NCBI GenBank assembly: GCA_963706595.1
Contig: OY970166.1
Span: 2,912,001-2,976,000 of the forward strand
Origin: an uncultured cyanobacterium
GTDB taxonomy: Bacteria; Cyanobacteriota; Cyanobacteriia; Cyanobacteriales; Nostocaceae
Length of the DNA stretch: 64,000 nt
Reading direction: 5' to 3'
Shown: positions 1 through 11,633 of the stretch, one piece after another
Numbering within the stretch: the stretch's first letter is position 1
Layout: the number at the start of each line of letters is the position of its first letter
Position numbers and translations under genes: made by a program
The notes under the pieces: model-generated
Seen by the model: only the letters and a program-made list of their open reading frames with translations
The model's database searches: none
What the model was told of the DNA's origin: nothing

Positions 1-47
1 AGATATAAAAAAGGTACACTTCTATATCTCACTTAGGTTTATTATTT

Positions 48-1748
48 GTGGACAGAATTACATCTGGCTTGTTAAATACTTTCAAAAAACAACAGTCTTT
101 TCCAGAAGATTTAAGAGAAGCAGAACTGTTTGAACATTTTGTTAATTATTATGTGATTTCCAAAGAATATAATTATCAATTTGGAATTGAAGATGTTCAT
201 GTAGGAGGCAGTGGTGATAAAGCCTTAGATGGTATAGCAATGATTGTTAATGGTAGTTTGATTAGTTCACAAGAAGAAATTGAAGATTTGGAAAAGAAAA
301 ATAAATATTTGGATGTGGAATTTATTTTAATCCAATCCAAAACTACTAGCAACTTTGATGCAGGTGAAATTGCAAAATTCTTATTAGGAGCTACCGATTT
401 CTTTAGTGAAAATTCTGAGTTGCCAGCCAATAATCAAATAAAAGATAAATCTGAATTAATGGAGCTAATATATAAAAAAAGTAGTTTATTTAAAAATAGG
501 AAGCCTTTATGTAAATTGTACTATGTGACAACTGGTAAATGGCTTGATGATAAACATTTAACGGTAACTATTGAGGGTCTAAGGAAAAGACTTGATGATA
601 TAGGAATTTTTGAAAAGGTTACATTTAATCCTATTGACGCGAATGGTATTCAGAATTTATATAGATTAGCAAATAATAAAATATCAAGACAAATTCAGTT
701 TGAAAGACGAGCCACTATTCCTAAAATCAATGATATCAACCAAGCATATATTGCAATTTTGCCAGCAAGTGAATATTTAAAATTAATTACTGATGAGGAT
801 GGTAATATAATTAGGGGCTTATTTTATGATAATGTGAGAGGATTTCAAGGTGAAAATGATGTAAATCAAGAAATAGAAGCCACTATAAAATCTCAGGAAC
901 GCCAGTTCTTTGTATTATATAATAACGGGATTACCATTGTGGCTGAATATGTTGACCTTATAGGAGACTTGATTACTATAAAAGATTATCAAATTGTTAA
1001 TGGATGCCAAACCAGCTATATTTTATATAATAACAGAGAATCCATAGATGATTCCTTATATATACCAGTTAAAGTAATTGCTTTAGATCGAGATAGTAAA
1101 CTAAAAAATAATATAATTAAAGCCAACAATAGACAAACACCTGTAAAAATAGAAGAACTAGAAGCCTTAACTGATTTTCAAAAAAAATTAGAGGAATACT
1201 ATAATTCTATGCGTGAAGAAAAAAGACTTTTTTATGAAAGAAGACCAAGGCAATTTAATGGAATAGATGAGATTGAAAAAATCAGAATAGTAGATATACG
1301 CTCTCAAATGAGATGCTTTGCATCTATGTTTTTAGAACAAGCTCAAAATGCAGGTAGATACCATGCAAGATTGCAAGAAGAAACTAAAGAAAAAATATTT
1401 TTACCTTCTCATCCACCAATAGGATATTACGTTAGTGCCTATGCAAAATTTTGTTTAGATGCTCTCTTTAGAAAAAGACAAATAGATCCTAAATACAGTC
1501 CATTTAAATACTACCTACTTAATATTCTGAGAATACAAGTTGCTGGTAAAATCATGCCTGATATACTATCTAATAGGTTTATTAGATATTGTGAAACAAT
1601 AGAACAAGCATTATGGGATGATGATAAGTGCAAAAATGTATTGTTAGATACTACAAAGATTATTGATGAAGTTGTCAATGGAAACTATGATCGTGAAGTA
1701 GCAAAAACTGTAGCATTTTCAAATGCTATAAATAATTGTTTTAAGTGA
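48..1748 (+). CDS. AIPR family protein (abortive infection phage resistance)
   Basis: 566 aa with YDNVRGFQG, NNGITIVA, YQIVNGCQT and NRQT motifs typical of AIPR; very AT-rich, no HIP1 octamer seen. Confidence 0.85.
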   Translation: MDRITSGLLNTFKKQQSFPEDLREAELFEHFVNYYVISKEYNYQFGIEDVHVGGSGDKALDGIAMIVNGSLISSQEEIEDLEKKNKYLDVEFILIQSKTTSNFDAGEIAKFLLGATDFFSENSELPANNQIKDKSELMELIYKKSSLFKNRKPLCKLYYVTTGKWLDDKHLTVTIEGLRKRLDDIGIFEKVTFNPIDANGIQNLYRLANNKISRQIQFERRATIPKINDINQAYIAILPASEYLKLITDEDGNIIRGLFYDNVRGFQGENDVNQEIEATIKSQERQFFVLYNNGITIVAEYVDLIGDLITIKDYQIVNGCQTSYILYNNRESIDDSLYIPVKVIALDRDSKLKNNIIKANNRQTPVKIEELEALTDFQKKLEEYYNSMREEKRLFYERRPRQFNGIDEIEKIRIVDIRSQMRCFASMFLEQAQNAGRYHARLQEETKEKIFLPSHPPIGYYVSAYAKFCLDALFRKRQIDPKYSPFKYYLLNILRIQVAGKIMPDILSNRFIRYCETIEQALWDDDKCKNVLLDTTKIIDEVVNGNYDREVAKTVAFSNAINNCFK

Positions 1749-1840
1749 AATGAGGAAGTCCATCTGTTAATGGACAACTAGTTATCTTACATACATAAGG
1801 CAGTCTGGTGATCGCATCATCTAGGATAACTTTAGCCGAA

Positions 1841-2302
1841 TCAGGTCAGGCGATCGCATGACTCCACCTCTAACTCACTTACCACCAAAATTCTCAACTC
1901 TGTTACTCGCTTCAAAGCCTGATCATTAGTCAAAAAAGCATCACAGTTACTTGTTAAAGCGATCGCTATCTGTAAAGCATCAGGTAACTGAAGGTTGTAA
2001 CGTAACCTTATGTTCGCAGCGTTTCGTGCAATTGCAGCATTAATATCCACAAAAACCACTTCATTACTGAGCAAGACATCAACAAAAGCTTGCTCTAAAT
2101 CCGCTAAACCCGAACGTATAGCACCCACCAAACACTCAGACAATGTTATGGGAGATACTACTGCTGTCATACCAGTTTCCAATCGGGCAAAAATTGGATC
2201 TACTAAATTCACAAACTGCGGATTGCGTTCTACAAAATAGATGACTGGCGCTGTATCAATAAATATATGAGAAACTCCTACCAATGCCTCGCTAATTTTC
2301 AT
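1841..2302 (-). CDS. vapC: PIN-domain toxin, VapC family
   Basis: IFIDTAPVIY, E, LPDALQIA, FLTND PIN acidic motif pattern; start overlaps the upstream small ORF stop (ATGA). Confidence 0.9.
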   Translation of the reverse strand: MKISEALVGVSHIFIDTAPVIYFVERNPQFVNLVDPIFARLETGMTAVVSPITLSECLVGAIRSGLADLEQAFVDVLLSNEVVFVDINAAIARNAANIRLRYNLQLPDALQIAIALTSNCDAFLTNDQALKRVTELRILVVSELEVESCDRLT

Positions 2303-2550
2303 TCTTGTTCTTGTAACAAACCTTCCCGATGCTCATCTCCTTCCCGTCTAGTCTGAGAAACCCACTGTTGAGCATCTTTATCCAATAGCGGATAGGAGGC
2401 CATACCCTTTAAATCACTCCATTTGCGTGTTGACTGTGCTGGAATGACGTGCTTTTTCATTCGTTCCACCAAATACCCCATGACTGTCAATTGGTCTTCT
2501 GGGGTAAGTTGGTCAATCTCGCTTAACATTTTTTGAAGTGATAGACTCAT
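2299..2550 (-). CDS. Putative antitoxin of the VapC toxin
   Basis: ~83 aa ORF translationally coupled upstream of the PIN gene; KWSDLKG...DAQQWVSQTR resembles cyanobacterial antitoxins. Confidence 0.7.
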   Translation of the reverse strand: MSLSLQKMLSEIDQLTPEDQLTVMGYLVERMKKHVIPAQSTRKWSDLKGMASYPLLDKDAQQWVSQTRREGDEHREGLLQEQE

Positions 2551-2778
2551 CAACTTCATCCCAATTAGTGAATAGTGTATTTCCAGATCGTAGCCTGAAT
2601 GCTACACATTTGACCACGCAACAAATTGTAGTAATCCGGTTTGATTTCCTCTTTATTTGCGTAGGTAGGGAGTAAGGAGTGGGGAGTGGGGAATGTAGAA
2701 ACCCGAAAGCTTAAGACAAAGCCAGCTTGGGGTAATTCATAACAACCAAACATGATATGATTGCCTGCTGCAAACATC

Positions 2779-4427
2779 TTAGTTGCTTTCAAATTCCTTG
2801 AGTCTTGATATAGCACTAGGAGGAATCTCTGTGACTAGGCGAAATGGAAAAGTGGCAGTTGAAAACAATTGAGCATAATCTGATGTCAGAAATACAGCAT
2901 ATTTATCAGCTTCAGGAGTAAGTTGTGCAGCCATTGCCAACGTGATGGATTTAACGAATTGACGAACATCTGTGGCTTGTTCACCAACAATTTCACCACC
3001 ACCAAAAGGTGTATTTGGTTTTCCTACCTGATCCAAAGTGGTGCTTGGGTCTTTCACACTTAAATGAGTACCCCCAATTACACCAACTAGCCATTTAGGC
3101 GCAGGTATTTGATTAAATCCTACTATTTGTTCGGTCAAAGCCGGGGTACTTTTATCTGCGGAACTGGCTAAGACTAAAGTAGGTACTTGCACTTTACTTA
3201 AACCTGTTTCACCAAACATTAAAGAACTGGTAGGACTGAGAGCGATCGCTTGTTTAATTCTATTATCTCGTAGTTGATAGCTATTTTCTGGCAATTCTTG
3301 AGCAATACACTGAACTGTTTCGCCCAAACTCAAAATAGCTAAATTACCTTTGCAGCGTTGTTTGAGACCTTCCAATTGTAACTCACCGCCAGCAATTGCT
3401 AAGGCTGTACCACCACCAAAAGAATAACCAAGCACCATCGCATTATTAGTCGCCAATTTCCCTTGTAATGGGTGATTAGCGCTTTGATTCAGCTTTTCTA
3501 GTTCATCTAAGACAAAACTAATATCTCTAGGACGTTCCAAGAACTCTTGGGGCTGTAAAAGCCTAGCTTTACCTTGTGCTGCTAAATTAGTATTTGTTTC
3601 ATTACTACCAGGATGTTCTAAAGCGGCGACGACATAACCGTGAGATGCTAAATGGTTGGCGAGGTAGCGCAACTCATGGCGAACTGATCCTAAGCCGTGG
3701 GTGAAAACAATTACAGGTTTTTCGGCAGTTGTGGCATTTGATGAGTATATATCAACGGGAATATCGCGATCGCGCTGTTGGTCATTCCAATTCAAATTCA
3801 GCACCTGGACTTGAGCCGTTCCGGTTTGACTGGGGTCAAATGGGAGGGAAATCTGCGGTGTTCTAGAGTCCAGTTCAGGTGCGATCGCTAGCATAAACTG
3901 TTGAGTGCGCCAAAAAGACGTATTTAAACTTCGTGCCACCTGAAAAGCCTGAAAAACATTAATTTCTAGGCGTTGGCTGGGATAAGCAGCAATAAAATTG
4001 AGTAGAGAAAGACCTTGGGGTTTAGTCGCACCTAACACGAATGCGGCTCTGAGTGCTTGTACCCCCGCTTCATCCTTTCTGACTACAGCATCAGACAAGT
4101 TACTGAGAATAGTTGTGCCAATTTGAGTATTGAGTAAGCGACTCAGTGTGACAATATCAATTGGTACTCTCGCTCTGAGTACTCCCAACAAAAAGCCGCG
4201 TTGTTCTTCAGATATTCTCCCGGTATAAAGTTCTAAACCCCTGGGAAATTTCCCAGTATCCGCAGCCTTTTGTAACTCGGATAGAGAGATAGATTCTGCA
4301 AAGGACCAAAACGTAAGATCACAGTATCAGCAGCGCTGACAGAGGTATTTGACCCACAAAACTGTGTCAAAGCGATCACGCTCAAGAAACTTGCAACTAT
4401 CTTCCAGCTTTTCCAGTTTATTCCCAT
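2779..4427 (-). pseudogene. Alpha/beta hydrolase with N-terminal DUF1400-like domain, frameshifted near 4300
   Basis: ORFs 4233..4427 (signal peptide, AADTVILRFGP) and 2779..4191 (HGLG, GYSFGG nucleophile elbow) join into one frame if one T is added to the T-run at 4300-4302 (..RFGPFAESISLSELQKAADTG..). Confidence 0.75.
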
Positions 4428-4588
4428 GAAATTTTACCAATGAATGCTTAGGGGAATATAACGGAAATTTGTGTATTTGACTACCCTAACGACACAAATA
4501 AATAAATTAAAAGAGCATAGCTATGCTATGCCCTTATTTTCTTAAAAGAGCATAGCAGTGTTATGCCCCTACTGAGTTTTTGACAAGA

Positions 4589-5668
4589 TTAAACTTTAGC
4601 AGATGCCTTAGTAATCATATTCAGTTCACCCTTAGCATACTTAGCAGCAAAATCTTCCAAAGAAATTTGCTTAATCTTGCTAGCATTGCCGGCAGTGCCG
4701 AATTGTTCATAGCGGTCAGCACAAACCTTCTGCATATATTTAATCGAAGGCTTGAGGAAGTGACGAGGGTCAAATTCCTTGGGATTTGCTGCCAAAGCTT
4801 CACGAACTGCGGCGGTGATAGCTAGACGGTTATCTGTATCAATGTTAACCTTACGCACACCACACTTGATACCTTTTTGAATTTCTTCTACAGGTACACC
4901 GTAGGTTTCGGGAATTGCACCACCATATTGGTTAATTAGTGCTAGTAAATCTTCAGGCACAGAAGAGGAACCGTGCATTACCAAGTGAGTGTTAGGCAGA
5001 CGGCGGTGAATTTCTTCAATGCGGCTAATTGCCAAAATTTCGCCTGTGGGCTTGCGAGTAAACTTGTAAGCACCGTGACTAGTACCGATAGCAACAGCCA
5101 AAGCATCTACCTGGGTGGCTTCTACAAACTCTGCCGCTTCGTCTGGGTCAGTCAACAATTGAGAGTGGTCAAGTGTACCTTCAAAACCGTGACCATCTTC
5201 AGCTTCACCAGCACCAGTTTCCAATGAACCCAAGCAACCAAGTTCACCTTCAACGCTGACACCCAAGGAATGAGCAACATTTACCACTTCACGAGTGACA
5301 TTGGTGTTGTACTCAAAGCTAGCAGGGGTTTTCGCATCAGCTTCCAGAGAACCATCCATCATGACGCTAGTAAAGCCATTCTTAATTGCTGAGTAGCAAG
5401 TAGAAGGAGCATTACCATGATCTTGGTGCATGACAATGGGAATCTCAGGATAGGTTTCTGTCGCTGCCAAAATCAGGTGGCGCAGAAAGTTTTCTCCAGC
5501 ATAAGCACGAGCGCCACGAGAAGCTTGTAGAATTACAGGGCTGTCTGTTTCTGCTGCTGCCTTCAGAATTGCCTGAATCTGCTCCAGATTGTTAACGTTA
5601 AAAGCTGGAATGCCGTAACCGTTTTCAGCCGCGTGATCCAAAAGCAGCCGCATTGGTACAAGCGCCAT
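4589..5668 (-). CDS. fbaA: Class II fructose-1,6-bisphosphate aldolase
   Basis: [53 protein letters not shown]. Confidence 0.97.
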   Translation of the reverse strand: MALVPMRLLLDHAAENGYGIPAFNVNNLEQIQAILKAAAETDSPVILQASRGARAYAGENFLRHLILAATETYPEIPIVMHQDHGNAPSTCYSAIKNGFTSVMMDGSLEADAKTPASFEYNTNVTREVVNVAHSLGVSVEGELGCLGSLETGAGEAEDGHGFEGTLDHSQLLTDPDEAAEFVEATQVDALAVAIGTSHGAYKFTRKPTGEILAISRIEEIHRRLPNTHLVMHGSSSVPEDLLALINQYGGAIPETYGVPVEEIQKGIKCGVRKVNIDTDNRLAITAAVREALAANPKEFDPRHFLKPSIKYMQKVCADRYEQFGTAGNASKIKQISLEDFAAKYAKGELNMITKASAKV

Positions 5669-6011
5669 ACATAGTCCTCCTAATTTATTTTTCAGCTAAT
5701 CGACTTGAGAAAAGCGTTATTATTACGCTAATCTTAATACTTTTTTCAACTTATAGGAAATTATAACTAGTGACGGGTGTTTATGTTGAAGAACTTTACG
5801 CCATCTTTCATCAATATGCCCTATACTTGCCATATACTACTGTACAGTAAGTTACTCTCTCATTAAAGGCTTTAGTAGCCCATATCCTAGATATCAGGTT
5901 TGCTCGTGCTTCTCCAAGAGCGATCGCATCTCATACTGAGTATCAGCTAGGGAAGTGCCATCTTCTGGCGATCGCTGGCAATGCCTAAATTACATTCATT
6001 AACCTTAAAAG

Positions 6012-6083
6012 TGGGTCGCCCGAGACTCGAACTCGGAACAAATCGGTTAAAAGCCGAGTACTCTACCATTGAGTTAGCGACCC
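6012..6083 (-). tRNA. trnK: tRNA-Lys (anticodon UUU)
   Basis: Reverse complement GGGTCGCTAACTCAATGGTAGAGTACTCGGCTTTTAACCGATTTGTTCCGAGTTCGAGTCTCGGGCGACCCA folds as a cloverleaf with TTT anticodon and GTTCGA T-loop. Confidence 0.96.
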
Positions 6084-6138
6084 TTTTGTTTTGCAACTTT
6101 GCCATCATAGCATGAACATCTGAGATTTGCAAATAATT

Positions 6139-7011
6139 TTATAAAAGATTTGCTGTTAAGCTTACAGATGCCGTGCAGCTAGCTTTTGGAGCCAATACGG
6201 TGAGGTTTGTACCAGTATTGAGAGCATTACGAGGGGCTGTCCAAGGTTCTAGACAGTAGAAGTCTTTGCCTTTGACTGTCCAAAACACCAAATGAGAATA
6301 GATCGGATCGTAATCTAAAGTTAGTTGGAGCGAACGGCTAGGATCTATGACTGTAGCAGACTGGCTACTCAAATCCTTAAAAGCAACATCTATTTCATCG
6401 CGGTTAAAATCAAAGTTACCGTCAAACGAGTGCATTTCCTTAGTATTTTGGTCTTGATACTGCACAGCAGGGATTTGAAACTCTAGCTGATTCTTATCAC
6501 CACCCGTCAGAAAATAAGGATGGAAACCAGCCGAAAAAGGCATTGGTGTGGATGACAGATTTTTATATTCCTGCCGAATTGTGAGAGTATGCCCTTGCAA
6601 TTCATAAGTAAAAATTACTTGAAAGTCAAAAGGATAAACTGCCTTGGTTTGCTCGTTGCTATTGAGTACGAGAGTCAGACTAGCTTTATCTTCAGTTTTC
6701 TGCTCAGTGACTTGCCAAGGTAACTCACGCGCAAAGCCGTGTTGTTTCAGAGTGTACTCTTGCCCGTTATGGGTGTAAGTATTCTCCGGTAAATTGCCAC
6801 ACAGAGGAAACAAAATCGGATTTCCACCCCTGACGCTTAAATCAGGATGAGTAAAGCGTTCAGTATCCAAATAGAAAATTTCTTGCCCCTGGATGCGCCA
6901 ACGTGTAATAATCCCACCTCTTTCTGGTACTACTTCTATTTGAGAGCCTGCACTGTCATCGCTGAGGATGTAAGTTTTGTATTGTTGCTCTTGAAGGGTG
7001 ACAGTAAACAC
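6139..7011 (-). CDS. Aldose 1-epimerase (galactose mutarotase-like) family protein
   Basis: RGGNPILFP, QHGFAR, GFHPYF, YCLEPW motifs. Confidence 0.9.
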   Translation of the reverse strand: MFTVTLQEQQYKTYILSDDSAGSQIEVVPERGGIITRWRIQGQEIFYLDTERFTHPDLSVRGGNPILFPLCGNLPENTYTHNGQEYTLKQHGFARELPWQVTEQKTEDKASLTLVLNSNEQTKAVYPFDFQVIFTYELQGHTLTIRQEYKNLSSTPMPFSAGFHPYFLTGGDKNQLEFQIPAVQYQDQNTKEMHSFDGNFDFNRDEIDVAFKDLSSQSATVIDPSRSLQLTLDYDPIYSHLVFWTVKGKDFYCLEPWTAPRNALNTGTNLTVLAPKASCTASVSLTANLL

Positions 7012-7083
7012 AAATTTTAGTCCTTATTGAAGGTTAATTGAGAGTAGACCCAGAAATCACATATCCGTCTTCGTTGAACATTT

Positions 7084-7111
7084 GTAGAGACGTTGCATAC
7101 AACGTCTCTAC
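7084..7111. repeat. GTAG-type REP-like palindrome
   Basis: gtagagacgttgcatacaacgtctctac hairpin; related copies at ~16581 and ~19058. Confidence 0.7.
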
Positions 7112-7129
7112 AAGTCTCTACAAGATACC

Positions 7130-8164
7130 TTACTCGTCTTCGGCGAATATGAAGCGATATAACTCGCTGGGGTCGGGTTCAGGGCTGCTTTCGGCAAACT
7201 TCACGGCTTCCTCGATCACTGCTTGAATTTTCCGGTCAATGGTTTTTAATTCGGCATCGTCTGCTAAATTTTGCTCAACCAGATAACCCGCCAGCTTCTT
7301 AATTGGGTCACGGGAAAACCAGAATTCTTTCTCGGCTTTGCTACGCATTTCATCTGGGTCGGCGAGGGAGTGTCCCCGGAAACGGTAGGTCAAGGCTTCA
7401 ATTAAGGTGGGACCTTCACCAGCACGAGCGCGGGCGACGGCTTCTTGAGCGACGGCGCGGACAGCTAACACGTCCATACCGTCTACTTCCACCCCTACCA
7501 TGTTAAATACACTGGCTTTTTTGTAAATCTCTGGCTGGGAAGTTGCGCGTTCGTGAGACATCCCAATTGCCCATTTGTTATTTTCGACAACAAACAGAAT
7601 CGGCAATTTCCACAGAGCTGCCATATTTAAAGTCTCGAAAAACTGACCGTTGTTAGCCGCACCATCGCCAAAAAAGCAAGCTGTTACTTGGTCAGCGTTT
7701 TGGTCTCCCAAAACTTCGCGGCGGTATTTGCTTTGAAAAGCTGCTCCAGCTGCTACAGGAATGCCTTCAGCCACAAAAGCATAACCACCTAATAAGCCAT
7801 GTTCAGCAGAAAACATGTGCATGGAACCACCACGTCCTTTGCTGCACCCTGTGGCTTTGCCAAATAACTCTGCCATCACTGCTCGAGCTGGTACGCCGGC
7901 ACTCAAAGCATGAACGTGGTCGCGGTAGGTGCTGGAAACAAAATCTTCCCCTGGTCGCATGGCTTGGATCACACCTGTGGAAACGGCTTCTTGACCGTTG
8001 TAGAGGTGGACAAAACCAAACATTTTGCCCCGATAGTACATCTCAGCGCATTTGTCTTCAAATGAGCGACCTAGTACCATGTCTTCATACAACCGCAACC
8101 CTTCTTCTTTGGTGATGTTGATAGTGTTGGTATTAAATGTAGGTAACGTACGTTCTTGAACCAT
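7130..8164 (-). CDS. pdhA: Pyruvate dehydrogenase E1 alpha subunit
   Basis: [31 protein letters not shown] motif, TYRFRGHS. Confidence 0.97.
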   Translation of the reverse strand: MVQERTLPTFNTNTINITKEEGLRLYEDMVLGRSFEDKCAEMYYRGKMFGFVHLYNGQEAVSTGVIQAMRPGEDFVSSTYRDHVHALSAGVPARAVMAELFGKATGCSKGRGGSMHMFSAEHGLLGGYAFVAEGIPVAAGAAFQSKYRREVLGDQNADQVTACFFGDGAANNGQFFETLNMAALWKLPILFVVENNKWAIGMSHERATSQPEIYKKASVFNMVGVEVDGMDVLAVRAVAQEAVARARAGEGPTLIEALTYRFRGHSLADPDEMRSKAEKEFWFSRDPIKKLAGYLVEQNLADDAELKTIDRKIQAVIEEAVKFAESSPEPDPSELYRFIFAEDE

Positions 8165-8860
8165 TATTTTTTAGTATTCCTATAGTAAAACTGACATTTA
8201 CCATCTCAAATAAGTTGCTTTGGGACAATATCTGCTTTGCATTAGCTAAGATGTGCTGAACTCAACCACCAAAATTTATGCACCAAAAAGGTTTATAGGC
8301 AATAGAGGCGAAACAATGAGTGAATTTTTGATTGTTCTACCCACGCTCTGCGAGGATCTAACCCTAACGGCAACAGATACACCCCTGAGTTTTTTCACTC
8401 TCTACTCCTGTTCATAGGCTATCAATCAGGATAGCTCGGTTTCTGCCTATCCATGAACAATTTAGAAAAAAGAACCAGGAAATTTTTCTATCTAGGTAGA
8501 TGGTTGTAAATTGCAGCTATTTATGCTAATATCACGAATCTTTAATTAACACATATTTTTTTAAAGATAGTTTCTTTAACTGCATAGCTGAAGAAATCCG
8601 TGAACAATCAGTAACTATAAGTTCTTACAAAGCCAAAATACCCAGAATTAACACAAAGTATTGGGGCTTTCTAGGCAAATGCAAAATAATGCTACTAAAA
8701 TATTATTCAAATTTTAGGAAGTAACAAAATCAATTGTCGCAATATATACTTATAGTGGAAGTCAGCCACGGTATTATTCACCGTACTATTATGGCACGGT
8801 TTTACATGCCTGGAATACTCTAGGTGAATTATGTTGATCACGGTGCAGGGGAAGTAGACT

Positions 8861-11137
8861 GTGCGAATTCCGCTAGATTACTACCGAATTTTGGGATTAC
8901 CGTTAGCGGCAAGTGATGAACAGTTGCGGCAGTCGTACAGCGATCGCATTGTGCAATTGCCGCGACGAGAGTATTCTCAAGCAGCAATTTCTTCTCGTAA
9001 ACAACTCATAGAAGAAGCTTACGTGGTTTTATCCAATCCTAAAGAACGTAACAGTTATGACCAGCTTTACCTTGCCCATGCCTATGGCCCCGACGGCAAT
9101 GGTAATACTGCTGTTGCCGTGGGAAACCACACAGACAGCAACAAAACTGATCCCGACATCCAAAGTCTGAGTGTTGACATTTCCCAAGAGGAATTAGTTG
9201 GTGCTTTGTTAATTCTGCAAGAATTGGGGGAATATGAACTGGTATTAAAGCTAGGTCATAATTATCTTACGACTCAAAGCGGGATAGCATCTGCCAGAAT
9301 GGCTAATAATCTGGCAAGTGAAGAATTTCTCGAAAATTCTGATTACCCAGATATTGTTCTGACTGTGGCTCTGGCTTGTCTAGAACTGGGTCGGGAGCAT
9401 TGGCAGCAAGGTCACTATGAAAATGCGGCTATTTCCCTAGAAACTGGTCAAGAACTGCTAGCGCGTGAAGGGCTATTTGCTAGTGTACAGGCGGAAATGC
9501 AGGGTGACTTGTATAAATTGCGCCCCTATCGAATTTTGGAACTGCTGGCACTACCGGAAGAAAAGGTGGCCCAAAGACGACAAGGGTTAGCGTTTTTGCG
9601 GGAAATATTGAGCGATCGCGGTGGTATCGATGGTTCTGGCAATGATCAATCTGGTCTGAATATAGATGATTTTTTGCGTTTTATTCAGCAATTACGCAAC
9701 TATTTAACCGTTTCAGAACAGCATAAGCTATTTGAAGCAGAAAGTAAACGTCCCTCTGCTGTTGCCACTTACTTGGCGGTTTATGCCCTATTAGCACGGG
9801 GATTCACTCAACGTCAACCGGCGTTAATTCGTCAAGCCAAGCAAATGCTGATGCGTTTGGGAAAACGTCAAGACGTGCATTTAGAACAATCACTGTGTGC
9901 GCTGCTATTGGGGCAAACAGAAGAAGCCACCCGTGTTTTAGAACTGAGTCAAGAATACGAAGCCTTGGCTTTAATTCGGGAAAAATCCCTAGACTCTCCC
10001 GACTTGCTACCGGGGTTGTGTTTGTATGCAGAACAGTGGTTACAACATGAAGTATTCCTGCACTTCCGAGATTTAGCTACACAGCAAGCCTCGCTGAAAG
10101 ATTATTTTGCTAACCAACAGGTGCAAGCTTATTTAGAAGCCTTACCTACTGATGCCCAAACCACTCAGGAGTGGTCTGTAATCAACCGTCAGTCTTTTTC
10201 CCAGCCTTCCCTGCACAATTATCATTCCACTGCTGTTTCCTCACCATTTGCTCAAGGTAAAACACCATTACCAGATTTATCAGCAACGCCAGATCACAAA
10301 AGACACGAAAATGTCCACGAATCCCCAACTAATGGGAAGACACCGCCAAATAAAATTCCGTGGAATGCCAACTCACCAGCAGATGTAGGACAATTTTCTC
10401 ATCCTGAACACACAACCAGGGCGACTCCAAATCATCTCAATGGTGCAGCAGCTAAGTCTACTCCTACTCGTCAAGTCAAAAAGCGTCGGAGGCGAAAGCC
10501 CCATCAAGCTGTCAATCGGGGTTATCCTCAACAGCAACAAGCTTTTGCTGCTAGCTTAGAAGGGAGAACACGACTTGTTTGGACTGTTTTTGCTTCTCTG
10601 GCAGGGGTGTTAGTTTTTTGGCTGTTAGTTTCGACGACATTTGGATGGATGAAAAATTTGTTTTTTCCTGCACCAGTTTTGCAAGGTAAACAGTTGTCTT
10701 TGCAGCTGAATGAACCACCAATAGAAATTCCAGACGAAACCAGCCAGTTGAAACCTCCAGAAGATTCTTTAACGGATGCGACGGCGCAAGAAGTTATTCA
10801 AACTTGGCTATCTACGAAAGCCGCAGCTTTAGGTCCCAAATATAATTTGGATAGTTTAGAAGATATCCTCACAGATGCAACCCTTTCTCAATGGCGGTTG
10901 CTTGCCCAACAAGAGAGGTCACAAAACCGCCATCGGACTTATAACCACACAGTGAAAGTGGAATATCTTGATCAAAAATCGGATCAAGCTGTCATTGTGG
11001 CTACAGTCAGGGAAGTAACACAGTTCTATGACCAGGGTCAAATCAGAAATTTTACTGATGAAACTTTGCGTGTCCGATATTCTTTAATTCGACAAGCCGA
11101 TGTCTGGCGCATCCAAAATATGTCAGTTATTAATTAG
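8861..11137 (+). CDS. ftn2: Cell division protein Ftn2/ZipN (ARC6 homolog; J-like domain, TM segment, IMS domain)
   Basis: MRIPLDYYRILG N-terminus, LPGLCLYAEQWL, TM segment and C-terminal ARC6-like domain. Confidence 0.92.
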   Translation: MRIPLDYYRILGLPLAASDEQLRQSYSDRIVQLPRREYSQAAISSRKQLIEEAYVVLSNPKERNSYDQLYLAHAYGPDGNGNTAVAVGNHTDSNKTDPDIQSLSVDISQEELVGALLILQELGEYELVLKLGHNYLTTQSGIASARMANNLASEEFLENSDYPDIVLTVALACLELGREHWQQGHYENAAISLETGQELLAREGLFASVQAEMQGDLYKLRPYRILELLALPEEKVAQRRQGLAFLREILSDRGGIDGSGNDQSGLNIDDFLRFIQQLRNYLTVSEQHKLFEAESKRPSAVATYLAVYALLARGFTQRQPALIRQAKQMLMRLGKRQDVHLEQSLCALLLGQTEEATRVLELSQEYEALALIREKSLDSPDLLPGLCLYAEQWLQHEVFLHFRDLATQQASLKDYFANQQVQAYLEALPTDAQTTQEWSVINRQSFSQPSLHNYHSTAVSSPFAQGKTPLPDLSATPDHKRHENVHESPTNGKTPPNKIPWNANSPADVGQFSHPEHTTRATPNHLNGAAAKSTPTRQVKKRRRRKPHQAVNRGYPQQQQAFAASLEGRTRLVWTVFASLAGVLVFWLLVSTTFGWMKNLFFPAPVLQGKQLSLQLNEPPIEIPDETSQLKPPEDSLTDATAQEVIQTWLSTKAAALGPKYNLDSLEDILTDATLSQWRLLAQQERSQNRHRTYNHTVKVEYLDQKSDQAVIVATVREVTQFYDQGQIRNFTDETLRVRYSLIRQADVWRIQNMSVIN

Positions 11138-11633
11138 CTGCCCGCTTGTCACTTCTTGTGCCGAGGATGGGAGATGAAGCATAGGGATTTAACTTCCTTT
11201 CCTGTGTAGATTGCGGCTTTTAGCTCATCTATAGCTTAAATGTTATGGAAACATGATATTCGCGTCATGCTGTGAAACCCAATTGCCGCCATTTGTGATG
11301 AAATCATGACATTGCGATCCCCAAAGAGCTTATAAATTCGTACAACAGGCAAAAAAGTGCCTGTAACCCCCTTGATCCCTAGTCAGGTTTACTGGTTAAT
11401 ATTTACTTAACATTCATAACTGCTTCGATCCCAAAGAAATGCTGATCATGGCATGATCGCGGAATCGAGAGGTAGTTACCCTCAATTTAAGAACAAACTA
11501 AAAATTTAAAAGCTGGGCAAAACCAGAAGTCAGGAATCAGAAATTTATCTGGGGTAGATGACATTTTATTTTTATAGAAGATTCTGTAACCCAGGGAAAT
11601 CATTTACCTTGCAAACTACTGGAGGCCAAAGGT

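Noticed and set aside
2565..2816. 83-aa ORF upstream of the antitoxin
   Set aside because: No recognisable motif; spans heptamer-like repeats and the likely TA promoter
6012..6083. tRNA as integration site of an island
   Set aside because: Flanked by core genes; no integrase or duplicated tRNA 3' end seen
5947..6132. 61-aa ORF
   Set aside because: Overlaps tRNA-Lys; spurious
8165..8860. Hidden gene or ncRNA in the long pdhA-ftn2 spacer (likewise 24320-25060)
   Set aside because: No convincing ORF or structured motif recognised by eye; consistent with divergent promoter regions
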